A stretch of DNA of 64,000 bases from Clostridia bacterium. Lineage in GTDB: Bacteria > Bacillota > Clostridia > JAAYHZ01. Below, piece after piece: positions 47,232-58,188 of this stretch; position 1 is the first letter of the stretch; each line of letters begins with the position of its first letter. Below the pieces are notes generated by a model that saw only the letters and a list, made by a program, of their open reading frames with translations, searched no databases and had not been told where the DNA came from. The position numbers and the translations under genes were made by a program. The stretch lies in assembly GCA_050950825.1 (NCBI GenBank), contig JBMNIH010000004.1, positions 192,001-256,000 of the forward strand. The letters are read 5' to 3'.

Positions 47232-48056
47232 ATGTATGTAATCGGATTTGTCGGTCCAAGCGGTACCGGTAAAAGCCACAATGCCACTTGGGTAGCCAAC
47301 GAAAAAAACGTTTCCTTAATCATAGACGACGGATTGCTGGTCCGTAAAAACAAGGTTTTGGCGGGAAAGTCCGCTAAAAGAGAAGAAACCCGAATAGGAG
47401 CGGTACGCCGTGCTCTTTTCATGGATGAAGAGCATGCCAACGAGGTAAGGGAAGCTATTGCCAAAACGGGTGAAGATCGAATTTTGGTATTGGGCACTTC
47501 GGTTAAAATGGTGGACCGTATCGCCGAGACGTTAAGATTGCCGAAGCCGGACGAATACGTATTCATAGAACAAGTGGCAACTCTCGAAGAGATCAACAAG
47601 GCTTTGACGGTAAGAAACAGCCAAGGCAAGCATGTGATACCGGTTCCTACCATGGAGATAAAAAAGGATTTCTCCGGATATTTTATCGATCCGTTAAACT
47701 TTTTCCGACGCTCGAAAGGAAGAAGGGAGCCGGAAAAAACCGTGGTTCGGCCTACCTACAGTTATTTAGGTAAATACACCATATCGGACTTAGCCATTTA
47801 CCAGCTCATCGAATATTCCGTTAACAAAGTGGAGGGCGTAGGAAAAATCAACAAGTACCGCTTTGTGAACCAATCCGAAGGACTGTATATTGATATTGAA
47901 ATCTCGGTTTTATACGGATACAACATAAAGGAAATTTTAAGACAGATTCGGGAGAATGTGATTAAAAACATCGAAAACAATACCGGGTTGAATGTGTACA
48001 GGCTGACCGCCAACGTAAGAACCCTGATCGTGCCAAAGCCCCAAGGCAAGGTATGA
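47232..48056 (+). CDS. P-loop NTPase fused to an Asp23/Gls24 domain
   Basis: GPSGTGKS; IIDDGLL; C-terminal Asp23-like region. Confidence 0.85.
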   Translation: MYVIGFVGPSGTGKSHNATWVANEKNVSLIIDDGLLVRKNKVLAGKSAKREETRIGAVRRALFMDEEHANEVREAIAKTGEDRILVLGTSVKMVDRIAETLRLPKPDEYVFIEQVATLEEINKALTVRNSQGKHVIPVPTMEIKKDFSGYFIDPLNFFRRSKGRREPEKTVVRPTYSYLGKYTISDLAIYQLIEYSVNKVEGVGKINKYRFVNQSEGLYIDIEISVLYGYNIKEILRQIRENVIKNIENNTGLNVYRLTANVRTLIVPKPQGKV

Positions 48057-48126
48057 TGCTGTTTTAGGTCCCTCGAAGGTCTCCGTGAGGATGTCCCGGG
48101 AAGTCAAAAAAAATATAAAATACGTA

Positions 48127-48155
48127 TTGACAATTTAATTTGCCGCTGTTACAAT
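48127..48155 (+). promoter_or_regulatory. SigA promoter of the tRNA cluster
   Basis: TTGACA-17-TACAAT. Confidence 0.8.
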
Positions 48156-48187
48156 GAATAAGCATCTTGCACATGACATAAAGTCGT

Positions 48188-48264
48188 GGCGGCGTAGCTC
48201 AGTTGGCTAGAGCATGCGGTTCATACCCGCAGTGTCATTGGTTCGAATCCGATCGCCGCCACCA
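48188..48264 (+). tRNA. tRNA-Met (CAT)
   Basis: Cloverleaf, anticodon loop TTCATAC, encoded CCA. Confidence 0.95.
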
Positions 48265-48270
48265 TTTCAT

Positions 48271-48345
48271 GGCCCATTGGTCAAGTGGTTAAGACATCGC
48301 CCTTTCACGGCGGTAACAGGGGTTCGAATCCCCTATGGGTCACCA
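48271..48345 (+). tRNA. tRNA-Glu (TTC)
   Basis: Cloverleaf, anticodon loop CTTTCAC, encoded CCA. Confidence 0.96.
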
Positions 48346-48347
48346 AC

Positions 48348-48423
48348 GGGCGCTTAGCTCAGCCGGGAGAGCACCTGCCTTACAAGCAGGGGGTCATAGG
48401 TTCGATCCCTGTAGCGCCCACCA
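48348..48423 (+). tRNA. tRNA-Val (TAC)
   Basis: Cloverleaf, anticodon loop CTTACAA, encoded CCA. Confidence 0.96.
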
Positions 48424-48488
48424 AAACTGTATTCGGAATGAATACGGTTTTTTCTTTTTTTTGCAATAATCGATATAAGGAGACGACA

Positions 48489-49550
48489 ATGTATCCTCTG
48501 GTTTTCAATGACGTATTCAAAGACTACATTTGGGGCGGGAGAAACTTGGAACGGTGGGGGAAAAAGCTGCCCGACGGAATTACGGCGGAGAGCTGGGAAA
48601 TTTCTTGTCATCCGGACGGGCCCAGCGTTGTAAATAACGGCGAATACAAAGGCGTGAAGCTTGCGGATTTGGTCTTTCGATTCCCGGTAGAAATGATGGG
48701 TTCGAAAATGGCGAACCGTTATATCGATTTTCCCTTATTGGTAAAATTAATCGATGCGCAAGAAAAATTATCGGTTCAAGTTCATCCGGACGACGCTTAT
48801 GCACGGCTTCATGAAAACGATAACGGAAAAAACGAGATGTGGTACATTTTATGGGCGGCACGGGATGCGCAGCTCATATTGGATGTGAAGGAGAATACGA
48901 ACAAAGAGCGTTTTTTGGAATGTCTTGCCCGAGGAAATGTCGAAGAGATTCTTCGAACCGTGCATGTAAAAGAAGGAGATGTGATTTACATACCTTCGGG
49001 ATTGGTACATGCGATCGGCTCCGGAATCGTTTTGATTGAGATACAGCAAAATTCCAATGCCACCTATCGGTTATACGATTACAACCGAAAAGGAAAGGAC
49101 GGGAAACCCCGACCCTTGCATATCGACAAAGCATTGGACGTAATTGATTTTCAAAATGCCGGAAGGCGACGTATATTTCGCGGTTTGACCATACCGGGTC
49201 CCGGCCTTACGCGAAAAATTTTATCGGCGTCTGCATACTTTTCGGCGGAAGATTGGTATCTTCAAACTCATACCGTTATCGAAACCAAAAAAGAACGGTT
49301 TTATTTATTTACTTGCCTGGAGGGAGAAGCCCTCGTGAAATGGGAAGAAGTATGTGTTCCCGTGAGAAAAGGAATGTCTTTTATGATACCGGCACTATGC
49401 GACCGCACCGTGATCGAAGCAAATAAAGGAGGATGCCGTCTGATTATTTCTACGGTTCCGGATATCGAGAATGAAATAATCCGGCCTCTTCTTGATGCGG
49501 GATACGATGAAAACGTCATTTTGAACGAAATTCCGGGAATTCGACTTTAA
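48489..49550 (+). CDS. manA: Class I mannose-6-phosphate isomerase
   Basis: KDYIWGG, AESWEIS, LSVQVHPDD and EIQQNSNATYRLYD motifs; AAGGAG RBS. Confidence 0.92.
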   Translation: MYPLVFNDVFKDYIWGGRNLERWGKKLPDGITAESWEISCHPDGPSVVNNGEYKGVKLADLVFRFPVEMMGSKMANRYIDFPLLVKLIDAQEKLSVQVHPDDAYARLHENDNGKNEMWYILWAARDAQLILDVKENTNKERFLECLARGNVEEILRTVHVKEGDVIYIPSGLVHAIGSGIVLIEIQQNSNATYRLYDYNRKGKDGKPRPLHIDKALDVIDFQNAGRRRIFRGLTIPGPGLTRKILSASAYFSAEDWYLQTHTVIETKKERFYLFTCLEGEALVKWEEVCVPVRKGMSFMIPALCDRTVIEANKGGCRLIISTVPDIENEIIRPLLDAGYDENVILNEIPGIRL

Positions 49551-49619
49551 ACGACTAAAAAATCAATTGAAAAAAATATATTTGATTTCACGATATGATT
49601 ATGGTAATATCATGTGTGT

Positions 49620-49671
49620 CGTTCCTTGCTCTACATTCGAATTGTAGGGCCGTTTAGTCCGGGAGGAGGTG
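49620..49671 (+). promoter_or_regulatory. S6:S18 ribosomal protein leader
   Basis: TCCTTGCTC..GGGCCGTTTAG..GGAGG with the conserved CCG, directly upstream of rpsF. Confidence 0.65.
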
Positions 49672-49677
49672 ATATCA

Positions 49678-49965
49678 GTGTTGAGAAGCTACGAAACTAT
49701 ATTTATCGTTAGCATGGAATTGGATGAAGAAAAGCGTAATGCAACTGTAGCCAGAATTAAGGAAATTATCGAGAAGGATGCTCAGTTGGAAAGCTTTGAC
49801 GAGTGGGGAACAAGAAAACTCGCTTATCCGATCAATTATCAAAAAGAAGGGTATTATGTATTGGTAAAGTTTAAGGCCGATCCTGCGTTTATCGAGGAGT
49901 TGGAAAGAAACTATAGAATTACCGATGATATACTCAAGAGTATCGTGATAAAAAAAGATAAGTAA
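49678..49965 (+). CDS. rpsF: 30S ribosomal protein S6
   Basis: YETIFI..WGTRKLAYPI; start GTG 49678 or TTG 49681. Confidence 0.97.
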   Translation: MLRSYETIFIVSMELDEEKRNATVARIKEIIEKDAQLESFDEWGTRKLAYPINYQKEGYYVLVKFKADPAFIEELERNYRITDDILKSIVIKKDK

Positions 49966-49977
49966 GGTGGAATCATA

Positions 49978-50424
49978 ATGAATAAGGCAATATTAATGGG
50001 ACGACTGACAAAGGATCCGGATCTTCGCTATGCCGCAACAAGTTCTACGGCATGGGCTTCGTTTACGTTAGCCGTGAACCGAAGATTCGCTAAACCGGGA
50101 GAAGAAAGACAAGCCGACTTTATTAACATTGTTGCTTTCGGAAAAACCGCTGAGTTTTGTTCAAAATATTTTAAAAAAGGCCAGCAAGTTGCCGTTATCG
50201 GCAGAATCCAAACCCGTTCATGGGATGACCAAGACGGAAAGAAAAGATATGCAACGGATATTGTAGCCGAAGAAGTATACTTTGCGGACAGCAAACGTAC
50301 AAGCTTCGACAGCGGCGATGCGGGTGAAAGATTTGAGCAGACTCCTTTTCCGAAGCAAGATTCGGACACCATGCTTGATGACGACTTTTTCAGTGATGAC
50401 GACGACAATGACGTACCGTTTTAA
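49978..50424 (+). CDS. ssb: Single-stranded DNA-binding protein
   Basis: MNKAILMGRLTKDP; acidic C-terminal tail ending DVPF. Confidence 0.97.
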   Translation: MNKAILMGRLTKDPDLRYAATSSTAWASFTLAVNRRFAKPGEERQADFINIVAFGKTAEFCSKYFKKGQQVAVIGRIQTRSWDDQDGKKRYATDIVAEEVYFADSKRTSFDSGDAGERFEQTPFPKQDSDTMLDDDFFSDDDDNDVPF

Positions 50425-50471
50425 TGTACCCGTATAACAACATTCGGATTTGAAAGGAGGTAGGGTATACA

Positions 50472-50729
50472 GTGGATAGCAAAAAACAAGCTCGGAGCGA
50501 AAACCCCGCTGCACGCTACAAACGTCCTCGAAAGAAGGTATGCAACTTTTGTGTAGACAAATTGGAAATTGATTATAAAGACGTAAATCGTTTATCGAAA
50601 TATATTTCCGAAAGAGGTAAAATTCTTCCCAGAAGAATGAGCGGAGTATGCGCGAAGCATCAAAGAGAGCTCACAAGAGAAATTAAAAGAGCAAGACAAA
50701 TTGCGCTTTTACCTTTCTCGAAAGACTAA
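50472..50729 (+). CDS. rpsR: 30S ribosomal protein S18
   Basis: [24 protein letters not shown]. Confidence 0.97.
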   Translation: MDSKKQARSENPAARYKRPRKKVCNFCVDKLEIDYKDVNRLSKYISERGKILPRRMSGVCAKHQRELTREIKRARQIALLPFSKD

Positions 50730-50902
50730 GAATAAAAGAAACATGAGGCATATCGCAAAAGATGATGCCTCTTTTTTATGCCTTTTTATTTCATATTCAC
50801 CGAACCGGAATATTTCTCAAACAGTATGGGAAATAATGGAATTCAGTTATAATGGGGTTAAGGATCTTACCTGATCCGTGTCGAAAAAGGAAGGTGGATG
50901 TG

Positions 50903-51217
50903 ATGTCGATTTCGTCAAGACAGAGTCTTGATATTATGTATAAGATGAACGAAGTGGATGTATTGAAAACGAAAATATTAGCTTCCATAGCCAATCTTTA
51001 CGACAATATGACCCCGGGAAATTCGGATCCCGACGAATTGGCCGATGCGTTAGGCGATGTGGTATTATATACATTCCTATTGGGAAAGAAAACCGGGTTT
51101 GACTTTGATCGGGTGCGAGAAGAAGCCTGTCATAAAATAAGGCTGTTGTTAATCAGCGATTATACGGACGTTTCGAACGACGATTTGTGTTTGTTAGCTC
51201 AATATCTAGGCGCATAA
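50903..51217 (+). CDS. MazG-like family protein
   Basis: LADALGDVVLYTFLLGKKTG; usual position after rpsR in clostridia. Confidence 0.75.
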   Translation: MSISSRQSLDIMYKMNEVDVLKTKILASIANLYDNMTPGNSDPDELADALGDVVLYTFLLGKKTGFDFDRVREEACHKIRLLLISDYTDVSNDDLCLLAQYLGA

Positions 51218-51481
51218 AGGATTTGTGCCATAAAATCTCCTCATAATAAGTTTGCGGTAAAGGGTACAGTTTTTCGACTGTACCTTTTGCTTTGCTCTGG
51301 ATTCAAGCGTCCTCCTTCCGGCGGGAACCGTGACCTTTTCACGGTCAATTGATTCGTTGCATGGAAAAAGGTATAATGATATAATTAATTTGTCCCGGTA
51401 ACAAAGTGAATATCGTTTTACAAAGGATAAGACCAGGGCGGTTTTGTCGGTAAAAGGATGTATTACGGATGGAGGTTTTCT

Positions 51482-51931
51482 ATGAAGGTTATTTTAAAAG
51501 CGGATGTTAAGGGCTTAGGAAAAAAGGATGATTTAATCGAATGCAAGGACGGTTATGCCAGAAACTACTTGTTTCCTCATGGACTGGCCGTACCGGCAAC
51601 CCCGGAAAACCTTGGTATTATGAATAGCAAGAAGAAGGCGGAAAGTGAAAAAGTAACAAGAGAAGTCCAACAGGCAAAGAACATGGCGGCGCGATTGCAA
51701 GGCCAAACCGTTGTTATCGATGCATCCGCCGGAGAAAAAGGCAAATTATTCGGATCGATTACCAACAAAGATATTTCGGACGCGATCAAACAGCAATTGA
51801 ATATCACCGTGGATCGAAAGAAAATCTTAATGGACGAAAACATCAAGAGCATCGGGGAACATAAGTTAACCGCAAAGCTATATACCGGAATCGATGTGGA
51901 ATTTATCGTTTCGGTTCGTGCGAAAAGTTAA
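51482..51931 (+). CDS. rplI: 50S ribosomal protein L9
   Basis: [23 protein letters not shown]. Confidence 0.97.
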   Translation: MKVILKADVKGLGKKDDLIECKDGYARNYLFPHGLAVPATPENLGIMNSKKKAESEKVTREVQQAKNMAARLQGQTVVIDASAGEKGKLFGSITNKDISDAIKQQLNITVDRKKILMDENIKSIGEHKLTAKLYTGIDVEFIVSVRAKS

Positions 51932-51949
51932 TAAGGTAGAAGGTTAAAA

Positions 51950-53287
51950 ATGATGGATAAAGCTGCAGGCAGGATACCTCCTCAAAACATAGAAGCCGAA
52001 CAAGCGGTTTTAGGTTGTATGCTGCTGGACCAAAGTGCCGTATATACGGCGGTAAATATATTGAAGGATACGGACTTCTACAGAAAAGACCATGGGGAAA
52101 TATTTAACGCCATGCTGTCTTTGTTTATGGAAAGCCAGCCTATCGATGTTATTACCGTTGCCGATCGACTAAAAGCACGAGGAATTCAGAAAGAAACCGG
52201 GGGAATCGAATATTTGGCCACGCTGGTAAACATGGTGGAAACCAGCGCCAATGCCGAATATTACGCAAGAATCGTAGAGAAGTGTTCCATACTGAGAAAA
52301 ATAATTACGGTTTGCGTTAAAAATGCGAATTTGGCATACGAGGAAACGGAGGATTATTCCTCCATTTTAGACGCATTGCAGCAGGATGTGCTGAGCATAT
52401 CCATGGGACGAGAGTCCGGCAGTGTGGTACATATTCGTTCGGTGCTTAACTCCACCATGGATATGCTGGATATGCTGTCCAGAAACGAGGGAGAGGTTTC
52501 CGGCATCCCCACAGGCTTTACGGATTTGGACAATTGTTTGAACGGACTCCACAATTCGGATTTGATACTGGTAGCAGGAAGACCCGGAAGCGGAAAAACC
52601 TCTTTTGCATTGAATATCGGGCAATATGCGGCAATACATAAAAACAAATCCACCGTTGTGTTTAGTTTGGAGATGTCCCGGGAACAACTTGTAAATAGGA
52701 TCATATCGACGGAAATTCATCTTGACAACAAAAAGTTGAAAACCGGAAATCTGTCTAAGGCCGATTGGTCGAATATGATTACGCTTATGGGTAAGCTTGC
52801 CGAAACACCTTTGTACATCGACGATACGGCCGGTATTACGGTAAATGAAATAAAAGCGAAATGCACTCGATTAAAAGCCCAAGGAAAACTGGATTTGGTT
52901 TTAATCGACTATCTTCAACTGATTACCGGTCCGAAAAGGGACAACAGGCAGCAGGAGATTTCGGAAATCTCCCGTGCTCTGAAAATCATGGCAAAGGACC
53001 TTAATGTTCCGGTAATTACCTTGTCCCAGTTAAGTCGTGCTCCCGAAACCCGAGCGGACCACCGGCCGATGCTGAGCGACTTGAGAGACTCGGGAGCCAT
53101 TGAGCAGGACGCGGATATCGTTTTATTCCTGTATCGAGACGATTACTATAATAAGGAAAAGTCACAAGAGCCGAATGTGGCCGAGTGTATTATAGCAAAG
53201 CATCGAAACGGCGAGATCGGTACCGTCAAACTCCGATGGTTCGGGGAATATACCAAGTTTGCCAATTTGGGAGACAGGTTTCAATAA
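51950..53287 (+). CDS. dnaB: Replicative DNA helicase
   Basis: PPQNIEAEQ, GRPGSGKT, IDYLQL and LRDSGAIEQDAD motifs. Confidence 0.97.
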   Translation: MMDKAAGRIPPQNIEAEQAVLGCMLLDQSAVYTAVNILKDTDFYRKDHGEIFNAMLSLFMESQPIDVITVADRLKARGIQKETGGIEYLATLVNMVETSANAEYYARIVEKCSILRKIITVCVKNANLAYEETEDYSSILDALQQDVLSISMGRESGSVVHIRSVLNSTMDMLDMLSRNEGEVSGIPTGFTDLDNCLNGLHNSDLILVAGRPGSGKTSFALNIGQYAAIHKNKSTVVFSLEMSREQLVNRIISTEIHLDNKKLKTGNLSKADWSNMITLMGKLAETPLYIDDTAGITVNEIKAKCTRLKAQGKLDLVLIDYLQLITGPKRDNRQQEISEISRALKIMAKDLNVPVITLSQLSRAPETRADHRPMLSDLRDSGAIEQDADIVLFLYRDDYYNKEKSQEPNVAECIIAKHRNGEIGTVKLRWFGEYTKFANLGDRFQ

Positions 53288-53308
53288 GAAATACGAATTG
53301 AGTGTAAT

Positions 53309-54724
53309 ATGCGTAACATTGCGGAACATGTCCTTAAAACGATAGAGAAGTACTCAATGGTCCATCGAGGCGAAACCATCGTGTGCGGCCTTTCCGGGGG
53401 GCCGGACTCGGTTTGCATGCTCCATATTCTTCATAGACTGAAAGATTATTTGGGAGTGACGCCGGTTGCGGTGCACATCCACCACGGTATCCGAGGAAAA
53501 GAAGCCGAGGAGGATATGCTTTTTTCGGAGAAATTTGCAAAAGAGCTTGGAGTGGAATTTATAACACGGGCTTTTAATGTCCCCGAGTTGGCAAAGCAAC
53601 TTAAAATTTCCGAAGAAGAAGCCGGACGAAGATTACGGTACGATACCTTCAGAGAAATCGGGAAAAAGAAGGCGCCGTATAAAATTGCGGTTGCCCATAA
53701 TGCGAACGATGTGGCGGAAACCTTTCTTTTCAATTTGGCAAGAGGTGCAGGTTTAGAGGGTTTATGCAGCATCAAGAGGGTCAATGAGGATATCATTCGG
53801 CCTTTGTTGGATGTATATAAAGATGAAATTATGGAATACCTGGACCAAAATCGACTTGGCTATCGAATCGATAGCACCAATCTTGAATGCGATTATACAC
53901 GGAACAAAATACGTAACCGGTTGATTCCGGAAATGAATCGGGTTTTAAATACCGATATCGTGTATAAAATTTTGCAAACGACCGATGTGTTGGAAGACGA
54001 TTTAGTTTGGCTAAAAGAATCCGGTAAAAAAGCATACGAAGCATGTACGACGGTTATTGACGGTCAAAAGGAAATCGACTGTACCTTATTTAATGAATAC
54101 CCTTTGGCTTTGCAAAGACAAATGATCCGGCTGTATCTTCACGAATGTACCGGTTCTTTGGACGGTTACGGCAGCTACCATGTGAACCGGTTGATTGAGC
54201 TTACGAAAAGCGAATCGCCTATATCCACGGAGCTTCCGAATAAATATTGGGCCATATATCGATACGGGCGGCTTTATATTGGAAAAAACCAAATTCAAAA
54301 AGACACATATTTTACGGAGATTTCTTTATCCATACCCGGAGAAACGGAAAGCGCGAACTGGAAGATTTGCTCCGAAATATTGGAGGCGGACCATAAAACG
54401 GACTACCGTAAGATGGCCGGAAAATATGTTCAATTCTTTGATTTTGAAAAAACCGGACCTTGCCTAAAGGTCCGCTACCGAAAAGACGGCGACGTTTTTA
54501 AGCCGATCGGATTAAACGGAACAAAAAAATTAAAAGATTATTTTATCGATAATAAAATTGAAAGGGAAAAAAGGGCAAAAATACCTTTGATAGAAGGTCC
54601 GGAAGGCATTTTATGGGTTGTCGGTTGCGGGCGTTCGGATTTGGCAAAAGTAACCGATCAAACCGAAAAAGTGCTTAAACTGTCCTTCCAAGAAACGAAA
54701 GGAGAAACGACGGATGCAATATAA
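53309..54724 (+). CDS. tilS: tRNA(Ile)-lysidine synthetase
   Basis: SGGPDS, AHNANDVAET and RNKIR motifs. Confidence 0.96.
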   Translation: MRNIAEHVLKTIEKYSMVHRGETIVCGLSGGPDSVCMLHILHRLKDYLGVTPVAVHIHHGIRGKEAEEDMLFSEKFAKELGVEFITRAFNVPELAKQLKISEEEAGRRLRYDTFREIGKKKAPYKIAVAHNANDVAETFLFNLARGAGLEGLCSIKRVNEDIIRPLLDVYKDEIMEYLDQNRLGYRIDSTNLECDYTRNKIRNRLIPEMNRVLNTDIVYKILQTTDVLEDDLVWLKESGKKAYEACTTVIDGQKEIDCTLFNEYPLALQRQMIRLYLHECTGSLDGYGSYHVNRLIELTKSESPISTELPNKYWAIYRYGRLYIGKNQIQKDTYFTEISLSIPGETESANWKICSEILEADHKTDYRKMAGKYVQFFDFEKTGPCLKVRYRKDGDVFKPIGLNGTKKLKDYFIDNKIEREKRAKIPLIEGPEGILWVVGCGRSDLAKVTDQTEKVLKLSFQETKGETTDAI

Positions 54725-55271
54725 CGACGACATTGAAAGGGTTTTGATAGATAAAGAAACGATCTTAAAAAGAGTGAAGGAATTGGGAGCCGAAATCACC
54801 CGCACATATGAGGGGAAAGAGCTTCTCGTGGTGGGCGTATTAAAGGGCGGTTTTATCTTCATGGCCGATTTGGTTCGAGAAATCCGGTGCAAATTGCAAT
54901 TGGATTTCATATCGGTGTCCAGCTACGGCAATTCTACCGAGTCTTCCGGTATTGTAAGGATTATAAAAGACATTGAAACCAATATCGCAAACAAGCACGT
55001 TTTGTTAGTGGAAGATTTGATTGATACGGGATTGACCTTGTCCCATTTGAAGCAATTGCTATACACGCGTAAGCCCGCGAGCATTAAAATATGTACCATG
55101 TTCGACAAACCTTCCCGAAGAAAGATCAATTTGGAGGTTGATTTTATCGGATTGGAAGTACCCGATTATTTTATTGTAGGATACGGATTGGATTACAGCG
55201 AATCTTACCGTAATTTACCGGAGGTTTGCGTATTGAAGCCGGAAGTTTATCGTAAAAAATGTGAACAATAA
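54714..55271 (+). CDS. hpt: Hypoxanthine phosphoribosyltransferase
   Basis: VLLVEDLIDTGLTL; VGYGLDY. Confidence 0.96.
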   Translation: MQYNDDIERVLIDKETILKRVKELGAEITRTYEGKELLVVGVLKGGFIFMADLVREIRCKLQLDFISVSSYGNSTESSGIVRIIKDIETNIANKHVLLVEDLIDTGLTLSHLKQLLYTRKPASIKICTMFDKPSRRKINLEVDFIGLEVPDYFIVGYGLDYSESYRNLPEVCVLKPEVYRKKCEQ

Positions 55272-55477
55272 TTTAACAATAGGTTAAATCATTGTTTTAT
55301 TAAACCGATTATGCTACTATGAATAATGAAACTTTACTGTGAATTTGTACGAATTATGACGACAAATGCCGGTTTACGATATACGTGTTTTATTCGTTTT
55401 ACGGGAACAATAAAGGCAATCCTATACGGATATTTCGAATTTGAAAGACCAACCCTTTCATGAAGGAGGGAAAAATA

Positions 55478-57292
55478 TTGAAGCATTTTAAGGGATTAAC
55501 ATTTTATATAATACTACTGATCATAATATTATTCATACTTAGCATATTATGGTCGGATACGGCACCCGGAGTGATGAAGTATTCCGATCTGATATATCAA
55601 TTAGAAAACAATAACGTAGAAAGCATCGTAATAAACAGTACGTATGCCGATGTGAAGCTGTTTTCTCCCGGGCCGGACGGTAATTTGGAATATGTGGTAA
55701 ACTTCGGCTCCATAGAGAATTTTAGTACCATGTTGGACTCTTACTACAAATCGGAAGGCGGATTCTCCTATTTTTATGCACCTGAGAAAACGGCGCCGTG
55801 GTGGCTGTCTTTGATATCGCCGCTGATACTCATTGTGCTGTTTGTACTGTTTTGGGTATTTTTTATCCAGCAAGCCCAAGGCGGAGGCGGCAGCAAGGTC
55901 ATGAGCTTCGGCAAAAGCCGAGCTCGTTTGATGAGTGACGAGGACAAGAAAAAGACATTTGAAGACGTGGCGGGAGCGGAAGAAGAGAAAGAGGAATTGG
56001 CGGAAATAGTCGAGTTTCTAAAACACCCATCCAAGTTTATTGATGTGGGCGCAAGAATTCCGAAAGGTGTTCTCCTTGTAGGGCCTCCGGGAACCGGGAA
56101 AACGCTTTTGGCAAAAGCGGTAGCAGGCGAAGCCGGCGTCCCCTTCTATACCATCAGCGGATCGGATTTCGTTGAAATGTTCGTCGGTGTCGGTGCTTCT
56201 CGTGTTCGTGATTTATTCGACCAAGCCAAAAAGAATTCTCCTTGTATCGTGTTTATCGACGAAATCGATGCCGTAGGACGCCACAGAGGTGCAGGCTTAG
56301 GAGGCGGGCACGATGAAAGAGAGCAGACATTGAACCAATTGCTGGTTGAGATGGACGGATTCGGAGTAAACCAAGGGGTTATCGTATTAGCCGCTACCAA
56401 CCGACCGGATATTTTGGACCCTGCCCTTTTAAGACCGGGACGATTCGACCGCCGAATTTACGTAGGTATGCCGGATATTAAGGGAAGGGAAGCCATTTTA
56501 CGTGTTCATGCGAGAAAGAAGCCCTTGATGCCGGAAGTGGATTTAGGCGAAATCGCCAAGATTACGCCGGGATTCACCGGTGCCGATTTGGAAAACTTAA
56601 TGAACGAAGCGGCAATTTTGTCGGCGAGAAAGAATAAGAAGGAAATCGGAAACGCGGAAATAAAGGAAGCCATATTTAAGGTTCAAATCGGTCCTGAGAA
56701 GAAGAGCCGAGTCATATCCGAGCATGAAAGAAAGCTGACGGCTTATCATGAGGCCGGTCATGCCATTGCCGTACGTGCCGCATCCACTTTCAATAAAGTG
56801 GATAGAGTAACGATCATTCCTGCCGGTGCCGCAGGCGGTTATACCGTATTTAAGCCGGACGAGGACAAAAGCTTCTATACGAAATCGCAGTTGATGGAAG
56901 GGATCATTGTCGCCTTAGGAGGAAGAGCCGCCGAGGAAGTGGTGTTAGGCGAAATCAGTACCGGAGCGGGAAATGACCTGCAGCAAGCGAATAAAATCGC
57001 CCGAAGCATGATTGTGAAGTTCGGTATGAGCGAAAGATTGAGCAACCTTGTCTTTAACGGCGAGGAAAGCGAAGTATTTATCGGAAGAGATTTTGGACAT
57101 ATACGAAATTACAGCGACGAATATGCCGCTATGATCGACGAAGAAGTCAAAGCCATTATCGACAATGCCTATAGCAAAACGGTACAGATCATGAAGGAAA
57201 ACATCAACAAGTTGAAAGTCATCGCCGAAACGTTGCTGCAGAAGGAAAAAATCGATGGTGAAGAATTTGAAGAATTGTTTGCAAGCGCATAA
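55478..57292 (+). CDS. ftsH: ATP-dependent zinc metalloprotease FtsH
   Basis: GPPGTGKT and HEAGH motifs; TTG start after AAGGAGG. Confidence 0.97.
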   Translation: MKHFKGLTFYIILLIIILFILSILWSDTAPGVMKYSDLIYQLENNNVESIVINSTYADVKLFSPGPDGNLEYVVNFGSIENFSTMLDSYYKSEGGFSYFYAPEKTAPWWLSLISPLILIVLFVLFWVFFIQQAQGGGGSKVMSFGKSRARLMSDEDKKKTFEDVAGAEEEKEELAEIVEFLKHPSKFIDVGARIPKGVLLVGPPGTGKTLLAKAVAGEAGVPFYTISGSDFVEMFVGVGASRVRDLFDQAKKNSPCIVFIDEIDAVGRHRGAGLGGGHDEREQTLNQLLVEMDGFGVNQGVIVLAATNRPDILDPALLRPGRFDRRIYVGMPDIKGREAILRVHARKKPLMPEVDLGEIAKITPGFTGADLENLMNEAAILSARKNKKEIGNAEIKEAIFKVQIGPEKKSRVISEHERKLTAYHEAGHAIAVRAASTFNKVDRVTIIPAGAAGGYTVFKPDEDKSFYTKSQLMEGIIVALGGRAAEEVVLGEISTGAGNDLQQANKIARSMIVKFGMSERLSNLVFNGEESEVFIGRDFGHIRNYSDEYAAMIDEEVKAIIDNAYSKTVQIMKENINKLKVIAETLLQKEKIDGEEFEELFASA

Positions 57293-57321
57293 TAAAATGA
57301 AAATAAATGAAAATGAATAAG

Positions 57322-57343
57322 AAGAGGCGAAAGCCTCTTTTTT
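57322..57343 (+). terminator. ftsH terminator
   Basis: AAGAGGC-GAAA-GCCTCTTTTTT. Confidence 0.85.
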
Positions 57344-57383
57344 ATTTGCTAGCTATCCGATGATGAAATTCAATCTCATCCAT

Positions 57384-57413
57384 GAATAAAATCCTGCCAA
57401 ATTATTAATAATA
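57384..57413 (+). promoter_or_regulatory. SigG-type promoter of spoVT
   Basis: GAATA-18-AATAATA; spoVT is a known SigG target. Confidence 0.65.
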
Positions 57414-57447
57414 ACCATATACATTAACAATATGGAGGTAACGATAC

Positions 57448-58002
57448 GTGAAAGCAACGGGTATTGTAAGAAGAATAGATGACCTTGGCAGAGTGGTTAT
57501 ACCGAAAGAAATTCGAAGAACTTTGAAGATTCGAGAAGGGGATCCTTTGGAAATATTTACGGACAAAGACGGCGAAGTCATTCTGAAGAAGTATTCGCCT
57601 ATCGGAGAATTAGGAGATTTTGCCGTTCAGTATGCCGAGTCCCTTCACAATGCTTCAGGGCACATTACTTGTATTGCGGATCGTGACAGTATTATTGCCG
57701 TATCGGGCGATAATAAAAAAGATTATTACGCCAAACCCTTAAGCGAGGAATTGGAGCGTGTTATTCAAGAAAAACAGACCGTAGTCGTATCTTCGAAAGA
57801 GGAAAAACCGTTGAGTATATTCTCGGGAGATACGAACACGAAAAAGTATTCCTCACAAGTAGTTGTTCCTATTGTAGCGGAAGGCGACCCTATCGGCGCA
57901 GTAATTATGCTTTCTACCGACCCGAATGCGAAAATGGGCGAAGTGGAAGCGAAATTAGCCCAATCGGCGTCAGGATTTTTAGGAAAACAAATGGAACAAT
58001 AA
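57448..58002 (+). CDS. spoVT: Stage V sporulation protein T
   Basis: KATGIVRRIDDLGRVVIPKEIRR plus GAF domain ending FLGKQME. Confidence 0.96.
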   Translation: MKATGIVRRIDDLGRVVIPKEIRRTLKIREGDPLEIFTDKDGEVILKKYSPIGELGDFAVQYAESLHNASGHITCIADRDSIIAVSGDNKKDYYAKPLSEELERVIQEKQTVVVSSKEEKPLSIFSGDTNTKKYSSQVVVPIVAEGDPIGAVIMLSTDPNAKMGEVEAKLAQSASGFLGKQMEQ

Positions 58003-58188
58003 TAATTAAGCAAATCAAAGTGCAACCTCAGAAAAAGTGCCCGGTAAACGATGAAATTTACCGGACACTTTTTTGTTTTTCTTAAAAACGGTATACCCCT
58101 TATACGGAAGTTTATATAAGAAAGGAATTTTCAATTCGAAGGTTATGGTGTATGATATCTTAAAGCATAAGCAAAAAGGAGAGACATT

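Noticed and set aside
48285-48488. Upstream extension of the manA ORF
   Set aside because: Overlaps tRNA-Glu and tRNA-Val; the real start is ATG 48489
48424-48488. Prophage or island integration at the tRNA cluster
   Set aside because: No integrase and no duplicated tRNA 3' end in the window
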